The notes below the pieces were generated by a model. It was not told the origin of the DNA. It saw only the letters and a program-made list of their open reading frames with translations, and searched no databases. Shown one piece after another: positions 8,792-17,145 of a stretch of 23,703 nt of DNA. The first letter of the stretch is position 1. Every line of letters starts with the position of its first letter. The stretch comes from a virus (lineage: Duplodnaviria > Heunggongvirae > Uroviricota > Caudoviricetes): IMG/VR virus record IMGVR_UViG_2585427753_000011. The stretch is one strand, 5' to 3'. The position numbers and the translations under genes were made by a program.

Positions 8792-8998
8792 TTGAAAAGA
8801 AAACTGATTTGTGTTATGGCTTTTTGGGGGGCGTTGCTGGCTGGTTGTAATGAGAGTAATAAAAAAGAAGTTGAGGGTTGTATTGAAAGAGGTGTCCAAT
8901 ATTTTATAGAGATTGGTTCTTACCCTAAATTAAGTGATGGGCGTGATGCTGTAAAAGTTGCTACTGAACGTTGTAATAGAACAATAACGGCTTTCTGA
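8792..8998 (+). CDS. Cargo gene 4: small predicted lipoprotein (lipobox LLAGC)
   Basis: Track ORF 8714..8998 has an improbable N-terminus. An in-frame TTG at 8792 follows AGGAG (8781-8785, 6-nt spacer) and gives (M)KRKLICVMAFWGALLAG-C: a basic n-region, hydrophobic core and lipobox Cys. Mature protein ~49 aa. Confidence 0.6.
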   Translation: MKRKLICVMAFWGALLAGCNESNKKEVEGCIERGVQYFIEIGSYPKLSDGRDAVKVATERCNRTITAF

Positions 8999-9000
8999 TA

Positions 9001-9918
9001 ATGGATTATACGAGCTATATAATAGGACAGCTTCAGGTTGAGGATATTATTGATGCAATTAAAGGCGTTAATAATACTAATGTCATAAAAGATTATGTGC
9101 TGCCTGTAGTATTACCAATTATATCTTCTGTGCTGAGTTACTTTATTGCAACTAGGTTGTTTTATCGGCAGGAGGACCTTAAAGCACAAAGAAGAAAGGT
9201 AAGCGTTGTAAATAAATGTATTTATGACTACTTTTCTGCAATGACAACGTTGTTGCAAATTAAAGGGAATTATTATGGTGGGGTAAGTATAAGTGAAAAT
9301 CCTATCGAGAGGGCTTTAGCTTTTCCTGTTGTGGTTTTTTCTGGTGCTCCTCTATCATCAGATTTAAGTGAGTTGGCCTGTATATTGAGTCAAAAGGGAG
9401 TAGGGAATAATAGAGAGCCAGCAAAGACTACTAACTGGGGGGATGCTTTTGCTGTTAGTGATATAGCAAGAAGGTTTAACAGCCTATTGGCTGCATTAAA
9501 TGTTAGGAATGATTTTGATGACACCTATAGAGGAATGATTATTGAATCAACAGGTTCACCTTTGCCTACGATGCGTTTTAAAAATGATGATATTGTTAAT
9601 GCTATAGGTAGTAATAAGGCAGCTTATTACATTGATATTACTGAGCAAATAATGATTATGATAGATGTTTTGTTGCTTGATATTAATCTGTTGCTCAAAG
9701 AGTTGCCATTGTATGCTGAATCGCTGTTTGACAAAAGAGTAATGCAAGAAGATTCAGGGATTCTTAAATTCAATGATTTGCACGAACGTTTTCCTCTACT
9801 TATGAAACCTGTAACGCCACCTTCGATTAAACTCATGTCTGATTATTTGGGGTACAGTGAAGATGAGATCTTACGACGCTATCCATACCCGTTCTTTAAT
9901 ATGCATGATTGTGAATGA
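9001..9918 (+). CDS. Cargo gene 5: 305-aa protein with one N-terminal transmembrane helix, no recognisable domain
   Basis: Starts 2 nt after the lipoprotein stop (translational coupling). Hydrophobic segment VLPVVLPIISSVLSYFIATRLF near the N-terminus; AT-rich codon usage. Confidence 0.7.
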   Translation: MDYTSYIIGQLQVEDIIDAIKGVNNTNVIKDYVLPVVLPIISSVLSYFIATRLFYRQEDLKAQRRKVSVVNKCIYDYFSAMTTLLQIKGNYYGGVSISENPIERALAFPVVVFSGAPLSSDLSELACILSQKGVGNNREPAKTTNWGDAFAVSDIARRFNSLLAALNVRNDFDDTYRGMIIESTGSPLPTMRFKNDDIVNAIGSNKAAYYIDITEQIMIMIDVLLLDINLLLKELPLYAESLFDKRVMQEDSGILKFNDLHERFPLLMKPVTPPSIKLMSDYLGYSEDEILRRYPYPFFNMHDCE

Positions 9919-10021
9919 ATGTGCATATGTCAGAAGCCGTTTTTATTGTCAGTTATCGTCAGTGCTGGCGCGCTCTTGGAGTGTTCATGCAACTGCATTA
10001 AAACCGCCCCACGAAGCGGGC

Positions 10022-10040
10022 GGGCGAGGCGGGGAAAGCA
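10022..10040. other. Probable cos cohesive-end site
   Basis: GGCGAGGCGGGGAAAGCAC at 10022-10040 matches the P2 19-nt cohesive end as I recall it; in a GC-rich non-coding stretch just upstream of portal Q, where cos lies in P2. Confidence 0.6.
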
Positions 10041-10170
10041 CTGCGCGCTGGCGGTGGTGATGATTGTCTGAGCGCGTCGTGATGGCGTTTAGATTGTGCG
10101 CCGGGGCGTTGGTGTGTCTGCGGGGTGTTTTGTACAGTGGCGAGCGTGTGAGGGCGTGATGACGGGGGTG

Positions 10171-10193
10171 TAAAAAAGCCGCCCGCAGGCGGC
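10171..10193 (-). terminator. Rho-independent terminator of the leftward P-Q operon
   Basis: On the minus strand: stem GCCGCC / GGCGGC with 4-nt loop, followed by a T-run (A-run 10172-10177 on plus strand); directly after the Q stop at 10199-10201. Confidence 0.7.
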
Positions 10194-10198
10194 GATGT

Positions 10199-11233
10199 TC
10201 AGCCGTTGTCAGTGTCCAGTGAGTAGTTTTTAAAGCGGATGACCTCCTGACCGAGCCAGCCGTTTATTTCCCGAATCCTGTCCTGTAACGGGATAAGTTC
10301 ATTGCGGACAAAGACCTTTGCCACTTTCTCAATATCGCCCAGCGACCCGACGTTTTCCGGCTTGCCACCCATCAACTGAAAGGGGATGCGGTGCGCGTCC
10401 AGCAGGTCAGCGGCGCTGGCTTTTTTGATATTAAAAAAATCGTCCTTCGTGGCCACTTCACTGAGCGGGATAATTTTAATGCCGTCGGCTTTTCCCTGTG
10501 GGGCATAGAGAAACAGGTTTTTAAAGTTATTGCGGCCTTTCGACTTCACCATGTTTTCGCGGAGCATTTCGATATCGTTGCGATCCTGCACGGCATCAGT
10601 GACGTACATGATGTATCCGGCATGTGCGCCGTTTTCGTAATACTTGCGGCGGAACAGCGTGGCCGACTCATTCAGCCAGGCAGAGTTAAGGGCGCTGAGA
10701 TATTCCGGCAGACCGTACAGCTCCTGATTAATATCCGGCTCCAGCAGGTGAAACACGGAGCCGGGCGCGAAAGGTGTCGGCTCGTTGAAGGACGGCACCC
10801 ACCAGTAAACATCCTCCTCCACGCCACGGCGGGGATATTTTGCCGGGGAGGGTTCCAGTCTGATGACCTTACCGGTGGTGCTGTAACGCTTTTCCAGAAA
10901 CGCATTACCGAATACCAGAAAATCCAGCACAAAGCGGCTGAAATCCTGCTGAGAAAGCCACGGGTGTGGGATAAACGTTGAGGCCAGAATGTTACGTTTG
11001 ACGTAAATCGGTGAGCTGTGATGCACGGCAGCACGCAGGCTTTTTGCCAGACCGGTAAAGCTGACTGGTGGCTCATACCATCTGCCGTTACTGATGCACT
11101 CGACGTAATCCAGAATGTCACGGCGGTCGAGTACCGGCACCGGCTCACCAAAGGTGAATGCCTCCATTTTCGGGGCGCTGGCGGTCATTTTTTTTGCCGC
11201 AGGTTGCGGTGTTTTCCCTTTTTTCTTGCTCAT
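10199..11233 (-). CDS. Q: Portal protein Q
   Basis: 344 aa, same length as P2 gpQ and recognisable sequence (MSKKKGKTPQPAAKK...); adjacent to cos. Confidence 0.9.
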   Translation of the reverse strand: MSKKKGKTPQPAAKKMTASAPKMEAFTFGEPVPVLDRRDILDYVECISNGRWYEPPVSFTGLAKSLRAAVHHSSPIYVKRNILASTFIPHPWLSQQDFSRFVLDFLVFGNAFLEKRYSTTGKVIRLEPSPAKYPRRGVEEDVYWWVPSFNEPTPFAPGSVFHLLEPDINQELYGLPEYLSALNSAWLNESATLFRRKYYENGAHAGYIMYVTDAVQDRNDIEMLRENMVKSKGRNNFKNLFLYAPQGKADGIKIIPLSEVATKDDFFNIKKASAADLLDAHRIPFQLMGGKPENVGSLGDIEKVAKVFVRNELIPLQDRIREINGWLGQEVIRFKNYSLDTDNG

Positions 11234-11979
11234 CAGTAAAACTCCAGAATGGTGGATGTCAGCGGGGTGCTGATACCGGCGGTGAGTGGCTCATTTAACA
11301 GGGCGTGCATGGTCGCCCAGGCGAGGTCGGCGTGGCTGGCTTCCTCGCTACGGCTGGCCTCATAGGTGGCGCTGCGTCCGCTGCTGGTCATGGTCTTGCG
11401 GATAGCCATGAACGAGCTGGTGATGTCGGTGGCGCTGCGTCCGCTGCTGGTCATGGTCTTGCGGATAGCCATGAACGAGCTGGTGATGTCGGTGGCGCTG
11501 CGTCCGCTGCTGGTCATGGTCTTGCGGATAGCCATGAACGAGCTGGTGATGTCGGTGGCGCTGCGTCCGCTGCTGGTCATGGTCTTGCGGATAGCCATGA
11601 ACGAGCTGGTGATGTCGGTGGCGCTGCGTCCGCTGCTGGTCATGGTCTTGCGGATAGCCATGAACGAGCTGGTGATGTCGGTGGCGCTGACGTCATATTC
11701 CAGACAGCCACGGCGGATGACGTCTTTTGCCTTGAGCACCATTGCGGTTTTCATTTCCGGCGTGTAGCGGATATCGCGTGCGGCGGGATAGAACGAGCGC
11801 ACGAGCTGGAACACGCCGACACCGAGGCCGGTGGCATCAATTCCGATGTATTCGACGTTGTATTTTTCGGTGAGTTTGCGGATGGATTCCGCCTGAGTGG
11901 CAAAGTCCATGCCTTTCCACTGGTGACGCTCAAGTATTCTGAATTTACCTCCGGCCACCACCGGCGGTGCCAGCACCAC
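11233..11979 (-). pseudogene. P: Terminase large subunit P, C-terminal remnant with internal tandem-repeat expansion
   Basis: 248-aa frame that opens at GTG with no upstream gene context. Reads as the C-terminal part of P2 terminase ATPase/nuclease, plus four extra 21-aa repeat copies. N-terminal ~400 aa absent; upstream sequence runs straight into endolysin K. Confidence 0.8.
11368..11682. repeat. Perfect 63-bp tandem repeat, 5 copies, in-frame within the terminase remnant
   Basis: GGCGCTGCGT recurs at 11368, 11431, 11494, 11557, 11620, then partially at 11683; on the minus strand this encodes SATDITSSFMAIRKTMTSSGR x5. Copies are identical by eye. Confidence 0.9.
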
Positions 11980-11995
11980 GCATCCGGCGCTGGCC

Positions 11996-12439
11996 GTGTC
12001 CGAAGGGACGGCGAATCATCCGCTGACGAAAAACCGGGGCTATGACGTGATAGTCACCGGACTGGACGGAAAGCCGGAAATTTTCACCGACTACAGTGAC
12101 CACCCGTTCGCACATGGTCGACCGGCGAAGGTGTTTAACCGTCGCGGTGAAAAATCCACGGCCTCCGGTCGCTATCAGCAGCTTTACCTGTTCTGGCCGC
12201 ATTACCGCAAACAGCTTGCCCTGCCGGATTTCAGTCCGTTGTCACAGGACAGGCTCGCCATTCAGTTGATCCGCGAACGCGGTGCACTGGATGACATCCG
12301 GGCGGGACGCATTGAGCGCGCCATTTCACGCTGTCGCAATATCTGGGCGTCCCTGCCGGGTGCCGGTTACGGTCAGCGTGAGCATCCACTGGAAAAACTG
12401 GTCACCGTCTGGCGTACCGCCGGCGGCGTACCGGCTTAA
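11996..12439 (+). pseudogene. K: Endolysin K, N-terminally truncated
   Basis: Frame reads SEGTANHPLTKNRGYDVIVTGLDGKPEIF... to ...TAGGVPA, which I recognise as P2 lysozyme K lacking roughly its first 18 residues. No holin Y upstream; the frame opens at a GTG at the deletion junction. Confidence 0.75.
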
Positions 12440-12453
12440 ACGGAGTAAACACC

Positions 12454-12879
12454 ATGAAGAAATTATCCCTTTCACTGATGCTGAATGTGCCGCTGGCGCT
12501 GATGCTGGCACTGTCCCTGATTTACCCGCAGAGCGTGGCCGTCAGTTTTGTCGCCGCCTGGGCGATTCTGGCGACGGTTATCTGTGTGGTTGCCGGTGGT
12601 GTCGGCGTGTATGCCACTGAGTATGTGCTGGAACGCTACGGGCGGGAGCTGCCGCCGGAATCGCTGGCCGTGAAGATTGTCACGTCGCTGTTTTTGCAGC
12701 CGGTGCCGTGGCGCAGACGGGCAGTAGCTCTGGTGGTGATGGTGGCGACGTTTATCTCGCTGGTCGCTGCCGGGTGGATTTTTACCGCGCTGATTTATCT
12801 TGTGGCGTCGCTGTTTTTCCGGCTGATACGTAAAGCCTGCCGTCAGCGTTTTGAGGGGCGGGAACCATGTCAAAGCTGA
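12454..12879 (+). CDS. lysA: Lysis accessory membrane protein LysA
   Basis: 141 aa, multi-TM, same size and position as P2 LysA. Confidence 0.85.
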   Translation: MKKLSLSLMLNVPLALMLALSLIYPQSVAVSFVAAWAILATVICVVAGGVGVYATEYVLERYGRELPPESLAVKIVTSLFLQPVPWRRRAVALVVMVATFISLVAAGWIFTALIYLVASLFFRLIRKACRQRFEGREPCQS

Positions 12880-13292
12880 TGATTGTGCTGGTTGTGCTGT
12901 TATCGCTGGCGGTGGCGGGGCTGTTTCTGGTGAAGCATGAAAACGCCAGCCTGCGCGCCTCGCTGGACAGGGCGAACAACGTCGCCAGTGAACAGCAGAC
13001 GACCATCACCATGCTGCAAAATCAGCTTCATGTTGCCATCACCAGGGCAGACAAAAACGAGCTGGCGCAGGTGGCACTGCGTCAGGAACTGGAGAACGCC
13101 GCGAAGCGTGAAGCACAGCGCGAGAAAACCATCACGAGGTTACTTAATGAAAACGAAGATTTTCGCCGCTGGTATGGCGCTGACCTGCCTGATGCTGTGC
13201 GCCGGTTGCACCAGCGCCCCGCCTGCACCGACGCCAGTGATTGTCGCCAACGCCTGCCCGAAAGTGAGCCTTTGCCCGATGCCGGGCAGTGA
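12867..13292 (+). CDS. lysB: LysB (Rz-like inner-membrane spanin)
   Basis: 141 aa with N-terminal TM helix and coiled-coil region; P2 LysB size and position. Confidence 0.85.
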   Translation: MSKLMIVLVVLLSLAVAGLFLVKHENASLRASLDRANNVASEQQTTITMLQNQLHVAITRADKNELAQVALRQELENAAKREAQREKTITRLLNENEDFRRWYGADLPDAVRRLHQRPACTDASDCRQRLPESEPLPDAGQ

Positions 13293-13437
13293 CCCGGAGA
13301 CGAACGGCGATTTAAGTGCCGATATCCGGCAGCTTGAGAACGCGCTGGCACGTTGTGCCAGCCAGGTAAAAATGATTAAACACTGTCAGGACGAAAACGA
13401 TGCTCAAACCCGACAGCCTGCGCAGGGCGCTGACTGA
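13147..13437 (+). CDS. lysC: LysC (Rz1-like outer-membrane lipoprotein spanin), out of frame across the lysB 3' end
   Basis: Track ORF 12937..13437; real start is ATG 13147 (MKTKIFAAGMALTCLMLCAG-C, lipobox), giving 96 aa as in P2 LysC; Pro-rich mature region. Confidence 0.8.
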   Translation: MKTKIFAAGMALTCLMLCAGCTSAPPAPTPVIVANACPKVSLCPMPGSDPETNGDLSADIRQLENALARCASQVKMIKHCQDENDAQTRQPAQGAD

Positions 13438-13867
13438 TGCCGTCACGGTGCTGAAAACTAACCCCGATATGCTGCGGATATTCGTGGATAACGGGAGTAT
13501 TGCCTCCACACTGGCGGCGTCGTTGTCATTCGAAAAGCGTTACACGCTCAATGTCATTGTGACCGACTTTACCGGTGATTTTGACCTGCTCATCGTGCCG
13601 GTGCTGGCGTGGCTGCGGGAAAATCAGCCCGACATCATGACCACCGACGAAGGCCAGAAAAAGGGCTTCACGTTTTATGCAGACATCAACAATGACAGCA
13701 GCTTTGATATCAGTATCAGCCTGATGCTGACCGAGCGCACGCTGGTCAGTGAGGTTGACGGTGCGCTGCATGTGAAGAATATCCCGGAACCTCCGCCGCC
13801 GGAGCCAGTCAATCGCCCGATGGAGCTTTATATCAATGGTGAACTGGTGAGCAAGTGGGATGAATGA
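13400..13867 (+). CDS. R: Tail completion protein R
   Basis: 155 aa, P2 gpR length and position. Confidence 0.85.
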   Translation: MLKPDSLRRALTDAVTVLKTNPDMLRIFVDNGSIASTLAASLSFEKRYTLNVIVTDFTGDFDLLIVPVLAWLRENQPDIMTTDEGQKKGFTFYADINNDSSFDISISLMLTERTLVSEVDGALHVKNIPEPPPPEPVNRPMELYINGELVSKWDE

Positions 13868-14312
13868 GTTTAAGCGTTTTGAAGACCGACTGACCGGACT
13901 GATTGAATCGCTGTCACCGTCTGGGCGTCGGCGACTGAGTGCAGAACTGGCGAAACGTCTGCGGCAGAGTCAGCAGCGTCGGGTGATGGCACAGAAAGCT
14001 CCGGACGGCACACCCTACGCACCACGCCAGCAGCAGAGCGCCAGAAAAAAGACCGGTCGCGTTAAGCGAAAAATGTTTGCGAAACTTATCACCAGTCGTT
14101 TTTTGCATATCCGCGCCAGCCCTGAACAGGCATCAATGGAGTTTTACGGCGGGAAGTCACCGAAAATCGCCAGTGTGCATCAGTTCGGTCTGTCGGAAGA
14201 AACCCGGAAAGACGGTAAGAAAATTGATTATCCGGCGCGTCCTCTGCTCGGCTTTACCGGTGAGGATGTGCAGATGATTGAAGAGATTATCCTGGCTCAC
14301 CTTGAGCGTTAG
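13860..14312 (+). CDS. S: Tail completion protein S
   Basis: 150 aa, P2 gpS length and position. Confidence 0.85.
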   Translation: MNEFKRFEDRLTGLIESLSPSGRRRLSAELAKRLRQSQQRRVMAQKAPDGTPYAPRQQQSARKKTGRVKRKMFAKLITSRFLHIRASPEQASMEFYGGKSPKIASVHQFGLSEETRKDGKKIDYPARPLLGFTGEDVQMIEEIILAHLER

Positions 14313-14342
14313 TTTTATCCAGACAGAGGCTGATGCGCAATT

Positions 14343-14377
14343 AAACATTGAGCGGCCATGCTGGTCGCTCAATGTTT
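14343..14377. terminator. Bidirectional terminator hairpin between convergent S and the orf30-position gene
   Basis: 12-bp stem AAACATTGAGCG (14343-14354) / CGCTCAATGTTT (14366-14377), 11-nt loop; between stop codons at 14310-14312 (+) and 14384-14386 (-). Confidence 0.6.
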
Positions 14378-14383
14378 AGAGGT

Positions 14384-15169
14384 TTATGAGTGATTTTTAT
14401 TTGATGCTTTGTATTCTAAAACCTTCTTATTGGCGTAAAAGAATTTTGTATATGACAGGAATATAACCAGACCTGAAGTGAAATAGACGAGGGATAGTAT
14501 TAATAATGCTTTTTTGCGACTGTTATTATCTTTAATCTCCAGGCTTAACCATTCGGAGTCCTCCTCGTTTAGCTGTAAGAGCTTATTGCAGGCGATTTCA
14601 GGAAGTGTGTCTTTTATAAATACGTTTTGCAGTCTCTTGCAATCGGCAAGGCTATAAGTTTTATTAAATTCAACTGCTTTATTTTTGAAGGATAAAAGAA
14701 CTTTGTCACTATAAACATAGTACATCATGTTTTTATATGGTATGCCTATGGCATCCCTTACTATAACGGATTGTTCGTTGTGTATGTAACATGCGAGGAG
14801 AATGTAAAAAATACTGGCCAGAATTACAATTATTGTTTTAATTATGTGTGGTGGTTTTGTTATGTCACCCCAGATGCGAGTAAGGAAAAAATACGATGTT
14901 TTTAGTTTTCCATCAATCAGTCCCTGCTGTATCATTCTCACATTTTCAATGCCTGATACATTGATTCCGTTAATTATTTTAAATAGTTGAATGTCGCGCC
15001 ACTCGCGGTCAAGTCTTTTTAATTTTTTGTCTGAATATCCAAAATTGAAATAATGTGCAATAAGCCTCATAAGGTTACTTTTACCAAAGCTAAAAAATGC
15101 TAATACTGCAAAGCTACAAAGGAAAAAAACGATTAGCCCCCACACATTAGTCACATTATAGCTGACCAT
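14384..15169 (-). CDS. AT-rich moron at the P2 orf30 position: membrane protein with ~3 TM helices, unknown function
   Basis: 261-aa ORF antisense to the late operons between S and V; hydrophobic segments near aa 9-28, 111-131 and 228-247; Lys/Asn/Ile/Phe-rich. Confidence 0.7.
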   Translation of the reverse strand: MVSYNVTNVWGLIVFFLCSFAVLAFFSFGKSNLMRLIAHYFNFGYSDKKLKRLDREWRDIQLFKIINGINVSGIENVRMIQQGLIDGKLKTSYFFLTRIWGDITKPPHIIKTIIVILASIFYILLACYIHNEQSVIVRDAIGIPYKNMMYYVYSDKVLLSFKNKAVEFNKTYSLADCKRLQNVFIKDTLPEIACNKLLQLNEEDSEWLSLEIKDNNSRKKALLILSLVYFTSGLVIFLSYTKFFYANKKVLEYKASNKNHS

Positions 15170-15252
15170 TACGCTCTCCTTGAATGTTGTCTGGTAGTTC
15201 TACAAATGAATCCAGATAGCATAACTTTTATATATTGTGCAATCTCACATGC

Positions 15253-15888
15253 ATGAACACTCTCGCAAATATTCAGGAACTCGCGCGCGCACTGCGCAAC
15301 ATGATTCGCACCGGCATTATCGTCGAAACCGACCTTAACGCCGGTCGCTGCCGCGTGCAGACCGGCGGCATGTGCACCGACTGGCTTCAGTGGCTGACCC
15401 ATCGCGCCGGTCGTTCGCGCACATGGTGGGCACCTTCCGTGGGGGAACAGGTGCTGATTCTGTCCGTGGGCGGTGAACTCGACACGGCGTTTGTTCTGCC
15501 GGGGATTTATTCCGGCGATAATCCCGCGCCGTCTGCGTCGGCGGATGCCCTGCATATCCGTTTCCCTGACGGGGCGGTGATTGAGTATGAACCCGAAACC
15601 AGTGCGCTCACGGTAAGCGGAATTAAAACGGCCAGCGTGACGGCTTCCGGTTCTGTTACTGCCACTGTGCCGGTGGTCATGGTGAAAGCGTCAACCCGCA
15701 TCACCCTGGACACACCGGAGGTGGTCTGCACCAACAGGCTGATTACCGGCACGCTGGAAGTGCAGAAGGGCGGGACGATGCGCGGCAACATTGAACACAC
15801 CGGCGGTGAACTCTCATCAAACGGTAAGGTACTGCATACCCATAAACACCCCGGCGACAGCGGCGGCACAACCGGGAGTCCTCTATGA
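15253..15888 (+). CDS. V: Baseplate spike protein V
   Basis: Track ORF 15235..15888; start set at ATG 15253 (MNTLANIQELARA...) to give the 211-aa P2 gpV; stop overlaps W start. Confidence 0.9.
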   Translation: MNTLANIQELARALRNMIRTGIIVETDLNAGRCRVQTGGMCTDWLQWLTHRAGRSRTWWAPSVGEQVLILSVGGELDTAFVLPGIYSGDNPAPSASADALHIRFPDGAVIEYEPETSALTVSGIKTASVTASGSVTATVPVVMVKASTRITLDTPEVVCTNRLITGTLEVQKGGTMRGNIEHTGGELSSNGKVLHTHKHPGDSGGTTGSPL

Positions 15889-16232
15889 CAGCGCGTTATC
15901 TCGGAATGAATCGCAGTGATGGCCTGACGGTCACTGACCTTGAGCATATCAGCCAGAGTATCGGCGATATCCTGCGCACACCGGTCGGCTCACGGGTGAT
16001 GCGCCGTGATTACGGCTCGTTGCTGGCGTCAATGATTGACCAGCCGCAGACCCCGGCGCTTGAGTTGCAGATTAAGGTCGCCTGTTACATGGCGGTGCTG
16101 AAATGGGAACCCCGCGTCACCCTGTCATCCGTCACCACGGCGCGCAGTTTTGACGGGCGAATGACGGTCACGTTAACCGGTCAGCACAACGACACCGGTC
16201 AGCCACTTTCGTTAACCATCCCTGTGAGTTGA
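15885..16232 (+). CDS. W: Baseplate wedge protein W
   Basis: 115 aa, P2 gpW length and position. Confidence 0.9.
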   Translation: MTARYLGMNRSDGLTVTDLEHISQSIGDILRTPVGSRVMRRDYGSLLASMIDQPQTPALELQIKVACYMAVLKWEPRVTLSSVTTARSFDGRMTVTLTGQHNDTGQPLSLTIPVS

Positions 16233-16236
16233 AACC

Positions 16237-17145
16237 ATGCCGATTATCGACCTGAACCAGCTACCCGCACCGGATGTGGTCGAGGAGCTGGACTTTGAAA
16301 CCATTCTTGCCGAACGCAAGGCGACACTGATTTCCCTTTACCCGGAAGACCAGCAGGAGGTGGTCGCCCGTACCCTGACGCTGGAATCGGAGCCTCTCGT
16401 CAAACTGCTGGAAGAAAATGCTTATCGTGAGCTTATCTGGCGTCAGCGTGTGAATGAGGCCGCACGGGCGGTGATGCTGGCCTGTGCCGCCGGTAATGAC
16501 CTTGATGTGATTGGTGCCAATTACAACACCACACGCCTGATTATCATCCCGGCAGATGATTCGACCATCCCGCCGACACCGGCAGTGATGGAATCTGACA
16601 CCGATTATCGTCTGCGTATTCAGCAGGCGTTTGAAGGTTTAAGCGTTGCCGGGTCGGTGGGAGCCTATCAGTATCATGGTCGCAGTGCCGACGGGCGTGT
16701 CGCGGATATCTCTGTCACCAGTCCGTCTCCGGCCTGTGTCACTATCTCCGTGCTGTCCCGAGAAAATAACGGTGTCGCATCCGAAGACCTGCTGGCTGTG
16801 GTGCGTAACGCTCTTAATGGCGAGGACGTCAGGCCGGTGGCTGACCGTGTGACCGTGCAGTCTGCCGCCATTGTTGAATACCAGATAAACGCCACGCTGT
16901 ATCTTTACCCTGGTCCAGAAAGCGAACCCATCCGCGCCGCCGCCGTGAAAAAACTGGAAGCGTACATCACGGCACAGCACCGGCTGGGGCGCGACATCCG
17001 TCTGTCTGCCATTTATGCCGCTTTGCATGTGGAAGGCGTGCAGCGTGTCGAACTGACTGCACCGCTGGCTGACATCGTGCTCAACAGTACGCAGGCGTCT
17101 TTCTGCACCGAATACAGCGTCGTGACCGGAGGCTCGGATGAGTGA
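16237..17145 (+). CDS. J: Baseplate protein J
   Basis: 302 aa, P2 gpJ length and position. Confidence 0.9.
   Translation: MPIIDLNQLPAPDVVEELDFETILAERKATLISLYPEDQQEVVARTLTLESEPLVKLLEENAYRELIWRQRVNEAARAVMLACAAGNDLDVIGANYNTTRLIIIPADDSTIPPTPAVMESDTDYRLRIQQAFEGLSVAGSVGAYQYHGRSADGRVADISVTSPSPACVTISVLSRENNGVASEDLLAVVRNALNGEDVRPVADRVTVQSAAIVEYQINATLYLYPGPESEPIRAAAVKKLEAYITAQHRLGRDIRLSAIYAALHVEGVQRVELTAPLADIVLNSTQASFCTEYSVVTGGSDE

Noticed and set aside
5779-10021. P2 tin or old genes in the cargo region
   Set aside because: No ORF of the expected size (Old is several hundred aa with ATPase motifs) and no Walker A motif in any cargo protein; the locus holds different cargo.
10391-11151. Track ORFs 10391..10981 (+) and 10672..11151 (-) overlapping the portal gene
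   Set aside because: They lie antisense or out of frame within the well-supported portal Q gene; low-complexity translations; typical shadow ORFs of GC-rich coding DNA.
11368-11682. Possible CRISPR array suggested by regularly spaced identical repeats
   Set aside because: Units are contiguous with no unique spacers, period is 63 bp, and they sit in-frame inside a terminase coding sequence; this is a tandem duplication, not a CRISPR locus.
11305-12045. Track ORFs 11305..12045 (+) and 11366..11767 (+) with striking repeated peptides
   Set aside because: These are the 63-bp tandem repeat read on the opposite strand or another frame of the terminase remnant; their repetitiveness is a by-product of the repeat, not evidence of a gene.
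15181-15210. TGT-N11-ACA dyad upstream of V as a second Ogr-dependent late promoter
   Set aside because: Spacing is 11 rather than 12 and the dyad would leave almost no leader before the V start; not reported as a feature.
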